DNA of 22,467 nucleotides. Source: Archangiaceae bacterium (GTDB lineage: Bacteria; Myxococcota; Myxococcia; Myxococcales; Myxococcaceae). Below the pieces are notes generated by a model that saw nothing but the letters and a program-made list of their open reading frames with translations, did not search any database and was not told the DNA's origin. Numbering within the stretch: position 1 is the stretch's first letter; the number at the start of each line of letters is the position of its first letter. Of this stretch, positions 1 through 10,256 are shown one piece after another. A program made the position numbers and the translations under genes. The DNA is taken from positions 1-22,467 of the forward strand of contig JAYVCD010000416.1 in assembly GCA_043750125.1 (NCBI GenBank), written 5' to 3'.

Positions 1-1
1 C

Positions 2-85
2 CGTGGCGACTGCGTCTCGGCCAAGGGGTTCATCGCCAAGGCCGGCACCGAGGACGTCGGCGGAGTGAAGTCGGCCTGCGAGTGA
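2..85 (+). CDS. 3' end of a hypothetical protein, truncated by the window edge (...RGDCVSAKGFIAKAGTEDVGGVKSACE*)
   Basis: Open frame from base 2 to TGA at 83-85 with mostly G/C third positions. It converges on the next gene's stop at 92. Confidence 0.55.
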   Translation, partial: RGDCVSAKGFIAKAGTEDVGGVKSACE

Positions 86-91
86 CTCTCA

Positions 92-373
92 CTACGGCAC
101 GATCGCGGCGCATTCGATCACGCACGAGAACGTCGCCGCGGCGCACGACCGATCGCTGATGCACGCGTTGCAGATGTCCGCCTTGCGCCGGTAGTCGGTG
201 TCCATGCTCGACGTGTCGCGGCACTTCAGCTCGCAGGCGCTGACGTCGTACTTGCTGTCGAAGCACGTCTGGTACCGGCCGCAGATCCCACTGCAGTCGA
301 TCGCCGTCTCGACTTTCTGGACCACCGCACATCCACTGAGCAGCAGCAGGGTCAGCGCGAGCGCGCGTCTCAC
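92..373 (-). CDS. Small cysteine-rich lipoprotein (93 aa)
   Basis: GTG start at 373 overlaps the desaturase TGA (GTGA). Signal peptide and lipobox MRRALALTLLLLSG-C, then 10 further Cys. This is the C-terminal part of track ORF 92..853. Confidence 0.8.
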   Translation of the reverse strand: MRRALALTLLLLSGCAVVQKVETAIDCSGICGRYQTCFDSKYDVSACELKCRDTSSMDTDYRRKADICNACISDRSCAAATFSCVIECAAIVP

Positions 374-1470
374 GTTTGATCCGTGGCGAGCCGAAGCTGC
401 GGCACCGTGGTGGGGCGGCCGAAGCTCTTCAACGTGCGCAGGTGCGATCCCAGCGCGTGAAGGAAGGTCGGATTCTCGTGGTACGGCAGCCCGTGCTCGC
501 GGGCGACGGCGCGCACGATGGGCGCCAATTCGGGGTAGTGCACGTGGCAGATCTTCGCCAGCAGGTGGTGCTCGACCTGGCGATTGAGGCCCCCGAAGAA
601 GAAGCTGGCCAGCGCGTTGCGCGGCGCGAAATTCGCGGTGGTCAAGAGCTGGTGCTCGGCCCACGAATGCTGCACTCCGCCCGGCTCGGGAAAGGCCGGG
701 CTCTCGACGACGTGGGCCAACTGAAAGACCACCGCGCTCATCAACCCCAGCGCCGCGTGCATCGCCAAGTACCCCACCAACACCTGCCACCACGCGTAAC
801 CGCCGACCAGCAGCGGCACGCCGATGAACAGCGCGAGGTGAATGACTTTCCAACCCATCACCTGCGCGATCTGCCCCGTCGGCTCGCGCTTTCCGGTGCG
901 AGGGTCAATGGAGAAAATCTGCTCGAAGTCTTTCTTGAAGACCCAGACCAACGTCGTGAAGCAGTACAGCACCAGCGCATAGAGGTGCTGAAAGCGGTAG
1001 ACGAAGCCGGGGTTGTCGCGTGGGTAGAGCAGCAGAAACGGCCCCGGCTCGAGGTCGTGATCCAGCCCGGGAACATTGGTGTAGGTGTGGTGGACGAAGT
1101 TGTGGGCGCGGGACCAAGCGTACGAGCTGGCGCCCATCAAATCAAAGCTGTGGGACAGCAGCCGGTTGACCCACGGGCGCGAGGAATACGAGCCGTGAAT
1201 CGCGTCGTGGCAGACGTTGAAGCCGACTCCGGCGAGCATCACGCCCAGGAACAGGGCCAGCGGCAGCGCCAGAAGGGGTCCCGGCAGGCCGCTGATCAAC
1301 AGCGCCCAGAGTGCGGCAGAACCCCCCAGGAAAATCACCGTCTTGGTCACCATTCGACCGTCGGCGTGGCGCGAGATTCCGCGCTCGGTGAAGTAGGCGT
1401 TGATCCGTTCCCGGAGCGCCGTTTGAAGCCGATTGTCGCGATCGAAGGTCAGCCGGGCAGAGGTGCTCAT
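370..1470 (-). CDS. Acyl-CoA/fatty acid desaturase (linoleoyl-CoA desaturase/DesA3-like)
   Basis: Three histidine boxes HDAIH, HNFVHH and QVEHH (in GGLNRQVEHHL), HTYTN and CHVHYP motifs, and several hydrophobic TM segments. Confidence 0.92.
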   Translation of the reverse strand: MSTSARLTFDRDNRLQTALRERINAYFTERGISRHADGRMVTKTVIFLGGSAALWALLISGLPGPLLALPLALFLGVMLAGVGFNVCHDAIHGSYSSRPWVNRLLSHSFDLMGASSYAWSRAHNFVHHTYTNVPGLDHDLEPGPFLLLYPRDNPGFVYRFQHLYALVLYCFTTLVWVFKKDFEQIFSIDPRTGKREPTGQIAQVMGWKVIHLALFIGVPLLVGGYAWWQVLVGYLAMHAALGLMSAVVFQLAHVVESPAFPEPGGVQHSWAEHQLLTTANFAPRNALASFFFGGLNRQVEHHLLAKICHVHYPELAPIVRAVAREHGLPYHENPTFLHALGSHLRTLKSFGRPTTVPQLRLATDQT

Positions 1471-1551
1471 AAGCAGGCACTACCGTAACCGTCGATTATC
1501 ACCGGTTCACCACAGACCTTCAGAGCGCCGAACCGAGTAGATTCCCCCGCC

Positions 1552-3456
1552 ATGAAACTCAAGCGCCTGACCCAGCCGATGGTCCGCGAGGGTGGAAAAC
1601 TCCGGCCCGCGACCTGGGACGAAGCCCTCGATCGCGCCGCGGGCGGCATCCGCGCTGCGGTCGACGCCCGGGGTCCGAGCACCTTCGGAATCTTCAGCTG
1701 CAGCAAGGCGACCAACGAAGTGAATTACGTCGCCCAGAAGTTCCTTCGCGCGGCCGTCGGCAGCAACAACATCGACAGCTGCAACCGAACCTGACACGCC
1801 CCAAGCGTCGTCGGTCTGGCGACGGTATTCGGAGCGGGCGGCGGAACCAGCTCGTACCGCGAGGTCGAGGAAACCGACGTCATCTTGTTGTGGGGCAGCA
1901 ACGCCCGCGAGACCCACCCCATTTTTTTCCACCACGTGCTCAAGGCGATCGCCCGGGGCGCGAAGGTCTACGTCATCGACCCCCGCCGCACCGCGACGGC
2001 CGAGTGGGCCGACGGGTGGCTGAGCCTCGAGGTCGGCACCGACATCGCCCTGGCCAACGCCGTGGGTCACGCGATCCTCGAAGAAGGGCTGCACAACCAG
2101 AAGTTCATCGCGCACGCGACCGACAATCTCGAGGCGTACCGAGCGACGGTGGCCCGCTACTCGCCCGAGACGGTGGGCCCGAAGATTGGGGTCGACCCCC
2201 AGCTGATTCGCACAATGGCGCGGGACTACGCGAAGGCCGACCGGGCGATGATCTGCTGGACGCTGGGCATCACCGAGCACCACACCGCGGTCGACAATGT
2301 GCTCGGCCTGATCAACCTCGCGCTGCTCACCGGACACGTCGGTCGTTGGGGCTCGGGGTTGAACCCGTTGCGCGGGCAGAACAATGTGCAGGGAGGCGGC
2401 GACATGGGCGCCCTGCCGGCAAAATTGCCCGGGTTCCAGGACGTGGAAGACGACGCGATTCGCGCGACCTTCGAGGCGAAGTGGGGGGTGAAGATTCCCG
2501 CGAAGAAGGGCTGGACCCTGACCGAGATGTTTCACGCGATGGAACGCAAAGACTTCACCGCGCTCTATGTCGTCGGTGAGAACCCCGCCCAGTCCGAGGC
2601 CGATGGCCTGCACTCGCTGCAGCTGCTCGCAGGCCTGCAGTTGCTGGTGGTGCAAGACATCTTCCTCACCCGGACCGCGCAGATGGCCCACGTCGTCTTC
2701 CCCGCGTCGGCCAGTTGGTGCGAATCGGAAGGCACCGTCACCAACAGCGAGCGGCGGGTGCAGCGATGCCGCGCGGCGCTGAAGGCCCCCGGACAAGCGC
2801 GCGACGACGTAGAGATTCTGTGTCAGCTCTCGAAACGGCTCGGGTACGACATGGGCGTGATGACACCCCAGCAGGCCTGGGACGAGATGCGCGCGCTCAG
2901 CCCGATGCACCGGGGGATGAGCTGGGAACGGCTCGAAGCCCTGGGCGGGATTCAGTGGCCGTGCACGGACGAGAATGATCCGGGCTCGCCTTTTCTGCAT
3001 GGTCGGCTGTGGGCCGAGCCGGTCGAGGGTCCGCGCGCGGCGTTTCACCCTTCCGAGGACCGCCCGCCCATCGACCTGCTCGACGACGAATTTCCGCTGC
3101 GCCTCACCACCGGGCGGCGGCTCGACGACTTCAACACCGGCGTTCAATCCAATGGCTACCCCTCGCCCCTGCGCAAAGGGGAAAGCCTCGACCTGTGTCC
3201 CCAGGACGCTGCGCATTGGGGGGTGGCCGATGGCGAGCGGGTCCGGGTGCGCTCGCGGCGGGGCGCGGTCGAGGCTCCGGTGCGCTTTGATCCCCGGCTC
3301 AGACCGGGCCTCGCGTTCATGACCTTTCACTTTCCCGATGACGTAGACACCAACGTCCTGACGATTGACGCGACCGACCCGAAGTCGGGCACCGCAGAGT
3401 TCAAGGCGGCGGCGATTCGGGTCGAGAAGCTTCAGCCCGTCATTTCAGGCTCGTGA
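1552..3456 (+). CDS. fdhF: Selenocysteine-containing formate dehydrogenase catalytic (molybdopterin) subunit, 634 aa, Sec at codon 81
   Basis: Track ORFs 1552..1794 and 1885..3456 share a frame and are separated by one TGA (1792-1794) in the FDH active-site context NNIDSCNRT-U-HAPSV. LRGQNNVQG, GTVTNSERRVQ and a C-terminal molydop-binding domain (AEFKAAAIRVEK) are present. Confidence 0.92.
1792..1824 (+). promoter_or_regulatory. Sec codon plus bacterial SECIS hairpin
   Basis: TGA, an 11-nt spacer, then stem CGTCGTC (1806-1812) / loop GGTCT / GGCGACG (1818-1824). The spacing and apical GGUCU match the E. coli fdhF SECIS. Confidence 0.85.
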
Positions 3457-3914
3457 CCTTCAGCGAACGCAGCTGAACCAGGGCCATCGAGCGTGCGGTA
3501 GATGTCCCCCAGGTATTTGAGGAACACCCGCACCCGGCCGGATCGCACTTCGACTTCGACCCGCACCCGGGGCGAGCCGGTGGGTTGATTTGCGACGGTG
3601 AGCGCACAGACTCCGCGCAGGGTTCCAGGTCCGGTCCGAAACCGCACTGCGCCGCGTTGCAGAACCCGCTCTGGCGCGGCCGAGAAAGTTCCGTCGGGCC
3701 GGGGAAGGGTTCCGGTCCACGGCCCCTGTTCCGGAATCGGAACGCCCCGAAAATGGCCGATGATTTGGGGCACCCCCGCATCTTCTCGGGGAAAGAAGTC
3801 CGGCTCGGCGATCGGCTCGGGAGGCACCATGATCACGACTTCGGGCGGAGGCAGCCCCGCCGGCGTCGACTCACACGCCAGCCAGAGCAACGAGCCAAAG
3901 AGCAGGCGGCGCAT
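3432..3914 (-). CDS. Hypothetical probable lipoprotein with a Pro-rich N-terminus
   Basis: ATG at 3914 gives MRRLLFGSLLWLA-C (lipobox-like) and a Pro-rich linker. The 3' end overlaps the FDH stop by 25 bp. Confidence 0.6.
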   Translation of the reverse strand: MRRLLFGSLLWLACESTPAGLPPPEVVIMVPPEPIAEPDFFPREDAGVPQIIGHFRGVPIPEQGPWTGTLPRPDGTFSAAPERVLQRGAVRFRTGPGTLRGVCALTVANQPTGSPRVRVEVEVRSGRVRVFLKYLGDIYRTLDGPGSAAFAEGHEPEMTG

Positions 3915-3971
3915 ACCACCCCCCAACCGCTGCAAGCTTCGGGCTGCAGACTCTCAGCCGAACCGCGGCTG

Positions 3972-4745
3972 CTACGGGTTGGCCGTCAACAATAGATCCA
4001 GACCGTCGAGCGGACCCGAGTGGGCAAAGGCCAACGTGGTGACGACCGCGTTCTCGGCCTTCAGCCGGGCGTGCAACTTCTGCAGCTCGGAAAGATTCTG
4101 CGCAGTGTCGTCCGAGACGACCCACGGCGCTCCCTTGATGCCTGTTCCATTCGAGCGTCCCCCGGCGCTGTCTCCGAGGTAGAGGATTCCTTTCGAGAGG
4201 TACGCGGCGCTGCCCCCGGTGTGACCTGGAAGCGCGTAGGCCTTCACCTCGAGCGAGCCGACCTTGACCGTTTCCGCGTCAGTCAGCGTCTTCGTCACCC
4301 GGGCGGCCTTTTCTTTCGGCATCTGAAGCAGCTTCGTCAGCGGCCCCTTGGCGCGCTCTTCACCGTTGGCGACCTTCACGTCTGCCGGGTAGGCGTAGAT
4401 TTCTGCCCTGGGGAAGAGGTGACAGCCCGCGACGTGATCTGGGTGACCGTGGGTGAGGAAGATCGCCTTCACCGCCTCGGGGCCCAGACCGCGCGCTTTG
4501 AGTGCGGCGAAAATCGCCTTTCCGCCCGGATCATTTCCGCAGTCGATCAGCGCCACCTCGCCCGGGTCTGCGTCGAGCATGAAGATCGCCACGTAACCGT
4601 CGACGACCATCGTGGCCGCGCCCCCGCCCAGCTTCGTCCCATCGACCATCGGCCGCATTCCAATCATCATCGGGCCGAACAAAGCTGCGCCGACCGCCAC
4701 CAACCCCACGAGCAACCCACCCAGGACCAGCAGCACCTTTTTCAT
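3972..4745 (-). CDS. Membrane-anchored MBL-fold metallo-hydrolase (257 aa)
   Basis: Likely start MKKVLLVLGGLLVGLVAVGAALF (TM helix). Motifs LIDCG, THGHPDH, PGHTGG, LGDS and FAHSG. Confidence 0.88.
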   Translation of the reverse strand: MKKVLLVLGGLLVGLVAVGAALFGPMMIGMRPMVDGTKLGGGAATMVVDGYVAIFMLDADPGEVALIDCGNDPGGKAIFAALKARGLGPEAVKAIFLTHGHPDHVAGCHLFPRAEIYAYPADVKVANGEERAKGPLTKLLQMPKEKAARVTKTLTDAETVKVGSLEVKAYALPGHTGGSAAYLSKGILYLGDSAGGRSNGTGIKGAPWVVSDDTAQNLSELQKLHARLKAENAVVTTLAFAHSGPLDGLDLLLTANP

Positions 4746-4829
4746 GGGGCGGGTGTGTAGTCGGCCCCTTTGCCGCATGCATGTCTCAAGTTGAGCGCGC
4801 CGCTGCGGCCGACGGGCTAGAAGCGGCTC

Positions 4830-6661
<1,832 letters not shown>

Positions 6662-6665
<4 letters not shown>

Positions 6666-7591
6666 CCGTCCCCGCCCGTCAGGTTGCGCTCACCATCGAT
6701 GGCCAGCCGGCCTCTGTTCCCGAAGGCACCACGCTGCGCGCCGCTTGCGAGGCGCAGGGAATTTCCACCCCGACTTTGTGCTGGGCCGAAAACCTCACGC
6801 CGATCAACGTCTGCCGGATTTGCGTGGTCGAGGTCGAAGGAGCCCGGGTGTTGGTGCCGGCCTGCTCGCGAAAAGCCGAACCGGGGATGGTGGTGAAGAC
6901 CGATTCGCCCCGGGTGCGGACGTCGCGGAAGCTGGTGCTCGAGCTGCTCGGCTCGTCGGTCGACATGTCCACCGCGCCCGCGTTCAAGGCCTACGCCGAG
7001 CAGTACGACGCCCGGCCCGAGCGCTTTGGCCCCCCCGCCGAGCCGTCGGCGGCCGGAGCGCGAGACGCCGCCCACCCCGGACACCACGACGCGCCCGATG
7101 GAACCCGCGCCGCCACCGTCGCTGCGCCCCCGAAGGTCGACAACCCGCTCTACGTCTTCGATTCCACCAAGTGCATGCTTTGTTACAAGTGCGTTCAGGC
7201 GTGCGGCACGGAAGCGCAGAACACCTTTGCGATTTCGGTGGCCGGCCGCGGCTTCGAGGCCCGCATCTCGACCGAGCACGCAGTGCCGATTCCCGAGTCG
7301 GCCTGTGTCTTTTGCGGAAACTGTGTCGGCGCCTGTCCCACCGGCGCGCTGATGTTCAAGAGTGAGTTCGACCTGCGCCAGGCCGGCACCTGGGACGAAG
7401 CCCGGCAGACCGTCACCGACACCATCTGCCCCTACTGCGGTGTCGGGTGCACCTTGAGTCTGCGGGTGCAGGACAACCGCATCGTTCGCGTCACTTCGCC
7501 TTCGGACAACTCGGTCACCTCAGGTCACCTCTGCGTGAAGGGCCGCTTTGGCCTCGACTTCGTTCAGAACCGCGAAGACGACGAGCCGTAG
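6662..7591 (+). CDS. Fe-S subunit corresponding to the N-terminal module of FDH alpha/NuoG (2Fe-2S, two 4Fe-4S, molybdopterin-type 4Fe-4S)
   Basis: PTLC...CRIC...PAC (2Fe-2S); CMLCYKCVQAC and CVFCGNCVGACP; TICPYCGVGC...HLCVKGRFG. ATGA overlap with the upstream gene. Confidence 0.92.
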
Positions 7592-7594
7592 GGC

Positions 7595-8473
7595 TCACCT
7601 TCGGGGGCGCAGAAATTCCAGCAGCGCCCGGACTTTGGGAGGAGCCGCTCGGCGCGAAGGCAGCACCGCGAAGATGCCTCCGCGCGGCAACGCGTAGCCT
7701 GCGAGAATTCGAATCAGGCGGCCTTCGGCCAGCTCTCGCTCGACCATGAACTGACCGATCACCGCGACTCCCGCGCCTTCCACCGCGAAGGCCCGCATCG
7801 CCGAGGGGCTGTCCACGCTCAGCCGCCCATGCGTCCGCGCGACATGGGTGCGGCCCGCACCGTCCTTGAAGGTGTGCTTGCGGGGGTGGCTCAACAAAGT
7901 CAGGGCCAGACAGTCGGTGCCTTCGAGATCTACGGGCGTCTTCAGCGGGGCGCTCTTCGCCAAAAAGGACGGCGCGGCCACCACCACCTGCTCGAACTCA
8001 CCCACCCGGGTCGCCGCCAGCGTCGAGTCGCGCAGCCACCCCAGCCGGAAGGCCACGTCGATGCGCTCGGCAACCAGGTCCACCACCCCGTCGCGCACCA
8101 CCAGCTCGACGCTCACCCGGGGGTAGAGCGCCAGGAACGCGGTCAACTTGCCTGCGAACGGACCCAGCGCGTAGTCCACCAGGGTGGTGATCCGAAGCTT
8201 CCCTTCCGGCTCGTGCTTCAGCTTCTGCAAACGCAGCCCGAGCGCCGCGGCCTCGTCGGCCACCCGTTGGCAGCCCTGGTGGTAGACCTCGCCCGCCTCG
8301 GTGAGCACCAGGCTTCGGGTAGTCCGGTGCATCAAGCGCACCCCCAGCTCTGCTTCGAGCGCTGAGACGTGCTGGCTGACCATCGACCTGGTCAAGCCAA
8401 CCGCCCGCGCCGCCGCGGTGAAGGAACCCCGTTCGACGACCGCCGCGAACACCGCCATCCGGTTCAAATTCAT
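7595..8473 (-). CDS. LysR family transcriptional regulator (CrgA-like substrate domain)
   Basis: N-terminal HTH (FAAVVERGSFTAAA...VSQHVSALEAELGVRLMHRTTRSLVLTEAG), DLVAERIDVAFR and PPKVRALLEFL. Confidence 0.95.
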   Translation of the reverse strand: MNLNRMAVFAAVVERGSFTAAARAVGLTRSMVSQHVSALEAELGVRLMHRTTRSLVLTEAGEVYHQGCQRVADEAAALGLRLQKLKHEPEGKLRITTLVDYALGPFAGKLTAFLALYPRVSVELVVRDGVVDLVAERIDVAFRLGWLRDSTLAATRVGEFEQVVVAAPSFLAKSAPLKTPVDLEGTDCLALTLLSHPRKHTFKDGAGRTHVARTHGRLSVDSPSAMRAFAVEGAGVAVIGQFMVERELAEGRLIRILAGYALPRGGIFAVLPSRRAAPPKVRALLEFLRPRR

Positions 8474-8492
8474 TGTTTAGTCCCGCTAAACA
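8474..8492. promoter_or_regulatory. Putative LysR operator (perfect inverted repeat containing T-N11-A)
   Basis: TGTTTAG-tcccg-CTAAACA directly adjacent to the lysR ATG, in the divergent promoter region. Confidence 0.7.
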
Positions 8493-8576
8493 GTCTGTTC
8501 CAAAGCGCGGCATTGTCCAGCGGGGCCGGGCCGCTAATTTGGCCTCGTCGTTTCCACCTCACTTCCGGAGCACGTC

Positions 8577-9350
8577 ATGAAGTCTTTCCGCCTTGCCGCC
8601 TTGTCCTTCACCCTCGCCACGGCCGCCTTCGCCGCCCCCTTGACGCTGGACGTCTTTACCGCCCAGCCCCAGGGCTTCCTCGTCACCTCGACCCTGATTT
8701 TCGGTGAGAAGGACGCGGTGTTGATCGACGCGCAGTTCACGCTCAGCGAAGCCCACCGCCTCGTCGCCCAGCTGCTCGAGTCGAACAAGAACCTGAAGAC
8801 CGTCTTCATCACCCACGCCCACCCGGATCATTTCTTTGGGCTCGAAGTGGTGAAGGCCCAATTTCCCAACGCCGAGGTGATCACCACCCCCGCGGTGCTG
8901 GAAGAGATGAAGGCCCTGGCGCCGGCGAAGTTGGCCCAGTGGAAGCCGCTGTACGGCGCCAACCTCACCAGCGCCCCCGTGTTTCCCAAAGCGTTCGCGG
9001 GCGACCACCTCGAGCTGGAAGGCCAGCGACTCGAGCTCATCTCGCTGTCCGCCGGTGAGAGCGCGGCCGCGACGGTGGTGTGGATCCCCTCGATCAAGGC
9101 CGCGATCGTCGGCGACCTTGCCTACAGCGAGGTTCACGTCTGGCTCGCTGACGCCGATGCCGGTCGCCGCGAAAACTGGCTGAAGAGCCTGCGCCAGATC
9201 AAAGCGCTCGGCCCGCAGGTGGTGGTCGCCGGTCACGAGGCGCCCAACGCCAAACGCACCGCCGCCGTCCTCGATGACACCGCGGCCTACCTCAAGGATT
9301 TCAATGTCGCGCTCACCACCAGCAAGAACGCCGACGAGCTCGAGAAGTAG
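8577..9350 (+). CDS. Exported MBL-fold metallo-hydrolase, apparently truncated by a premature TAG (frame continues to 9434)
   Basis: Signal peptide MKSFRLAALSFTLATAAFA; motifs LIDAQF, THAHPDHFFG, VGDL and VAGH. After TAG 9348-9350 the frame continues as MLARYGKRQLPIILNIATKAALPGPKT*. Confidence 0.85.
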   Translation: MKSFRLAALSFTLATAAFAAPLTLDVFTAQPQGFLVTSTLIFGEKDAVLIDAQFTLSEAHRLVAQLLESNKNLKTVFITHAHPDHFFGLEVVKAQFPNAEVITTPAVLEEMKALAPAKLAQWKPLYGANLTSAPVFPKAFAGDHLELEGQRLELISLSAGESAAATVVWIPSIKAAIVGDLAYSEVHVWLADADAGRRENWLKSLRQIKALGPQVVVAGHEAPNAKRTAAVLDDTAAYLKDFNVALTTSKNADELEK

Positions 9351-9444
9351 ATGCTGGCCCGGTACGGGAAGCGTCAGCTGCCGATCATCCTCAACATTGC
9401 GACCAAGGCGGCCCTCCCCGGTCCGAAGACCTGACAGGCTCTCT

Positions 9445-9559
9445 GGGCTGGGGTCGCCCGGATCCGACCCTCGACACCAGCCCTCTCGAGCGTCCGAACC
9501 CCGGCGGTTCTCGTTGCTCGGCGGCAGCTTTTCCATCGAGACCCGGGCGGCTTGCCCGG
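9445..9559. terminator. GC-rich hairpins between convergent genes (possible terminators)
   Basis: GGGCTG-GGGTCG...CGACCC...CAGCCC (9445-9483) and CCGGGC-ggctt-GCCCGG (9543-9559). No clear U-tract. Confidence 0.3.
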
Positions 9560-9578
9560 CCCACAGGAGCAGGCCTCG

Positions 9579-10256
9579 CTACCGCCGCAATCGGTCTGGG
9601 CGCCGCGAGGCCTGCAGCGGAGCCCGGGTCACTTCCCCCACCGCAGCAATGAAGGCATCGCGGGACGCGTTCAGGTCAGCCAGGGCACCGGTGAGGAACG
9701 CTCCGGCGAAGTTCGTTTCCGAGGGCGGTGGAATCCACTTCGCCAACTTCACCGGAGCGGCCTTCAGCGCCGCATCGACCCCCACCGTCGCTTCCAGCGG
9801 CGGCGCGATCAAGTACGCCATCGGAGAGCCGAGGCTCACTCCCGCCTGAGGAGCCAGGTAGCTGCCGGTCTGGGCTATGACGTGGGCGAGAAAAGCACTC
9901 TGGTTGTCGCCTGGAAAAGTCTGAAACCGGACCTCTTCCCGAAGGCAATTGCGAAGTGCCCACAGCGCCTCGGCCACCTCGTCCGGGTCCGCGCCCGCCA
10001 CCAGTCCCATCACCTCGCCCGATAACGGACCGCTGGCCACCTTGCTTCCCCCATAGAAGCTCTTCGCGAACATCACCTCGACGTTCGCGAACTTGGTGCT
10101 GTGGTCCAGCGCCACGTAGAGCGCGTCGTCTTGATCGCACGTCACCAGGCCACAGCTCTTGTGCTTCGTCGGGTCGAGCCCCAGCGCCTTCGCCAGCTGC
10201 GAATCCACCGCGTCGATCTGCCGGCAGGCCAGCAGCCGGGGCCAGAGGTCAATCAC
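9579..10256 (-). CDS. eutL: Ethanolamine utilization microcompartment shell protein EutL (tandem BMC domain, BMC-T)
   Basis: GTG start at 10256 overlaps the eutC TGA. Motifs SCGLVTCDQDDALYVALD, SFYGG...GPLSGEV, TGSYL, AYLIAPPLEA..GVDAALKAA and PPSETNF match EutL/PduB. Confidence 0.92.
   Translation of the reverse strand: MIDLWPRLLACRQIDAVDSQLAKALGLDPTKHKSCGLVTCDQDDALYVALDHSTKFANVEVMFAKSFYGGSKVASGPLSGEVMGLVAGADPDEVAEALWALRNCLREEVRFQTFPGDNQSAFLAHVIAQTGSYLAPQAGVSLGSPMAYLIAPPLEATVGVDAALKAAPVKLAKWIPPPSETNFAGAFLTGALADLNASRDAFIAAVGEVTRAPLQASRRPDRLRR

Noticed and set aside
1552-1794. Separate 80-aa ORF or FDH pseudogene
   Set aside because: Its stop is at the Sec position and is followed by a SECIS, so it is one gene with 1885..3456.
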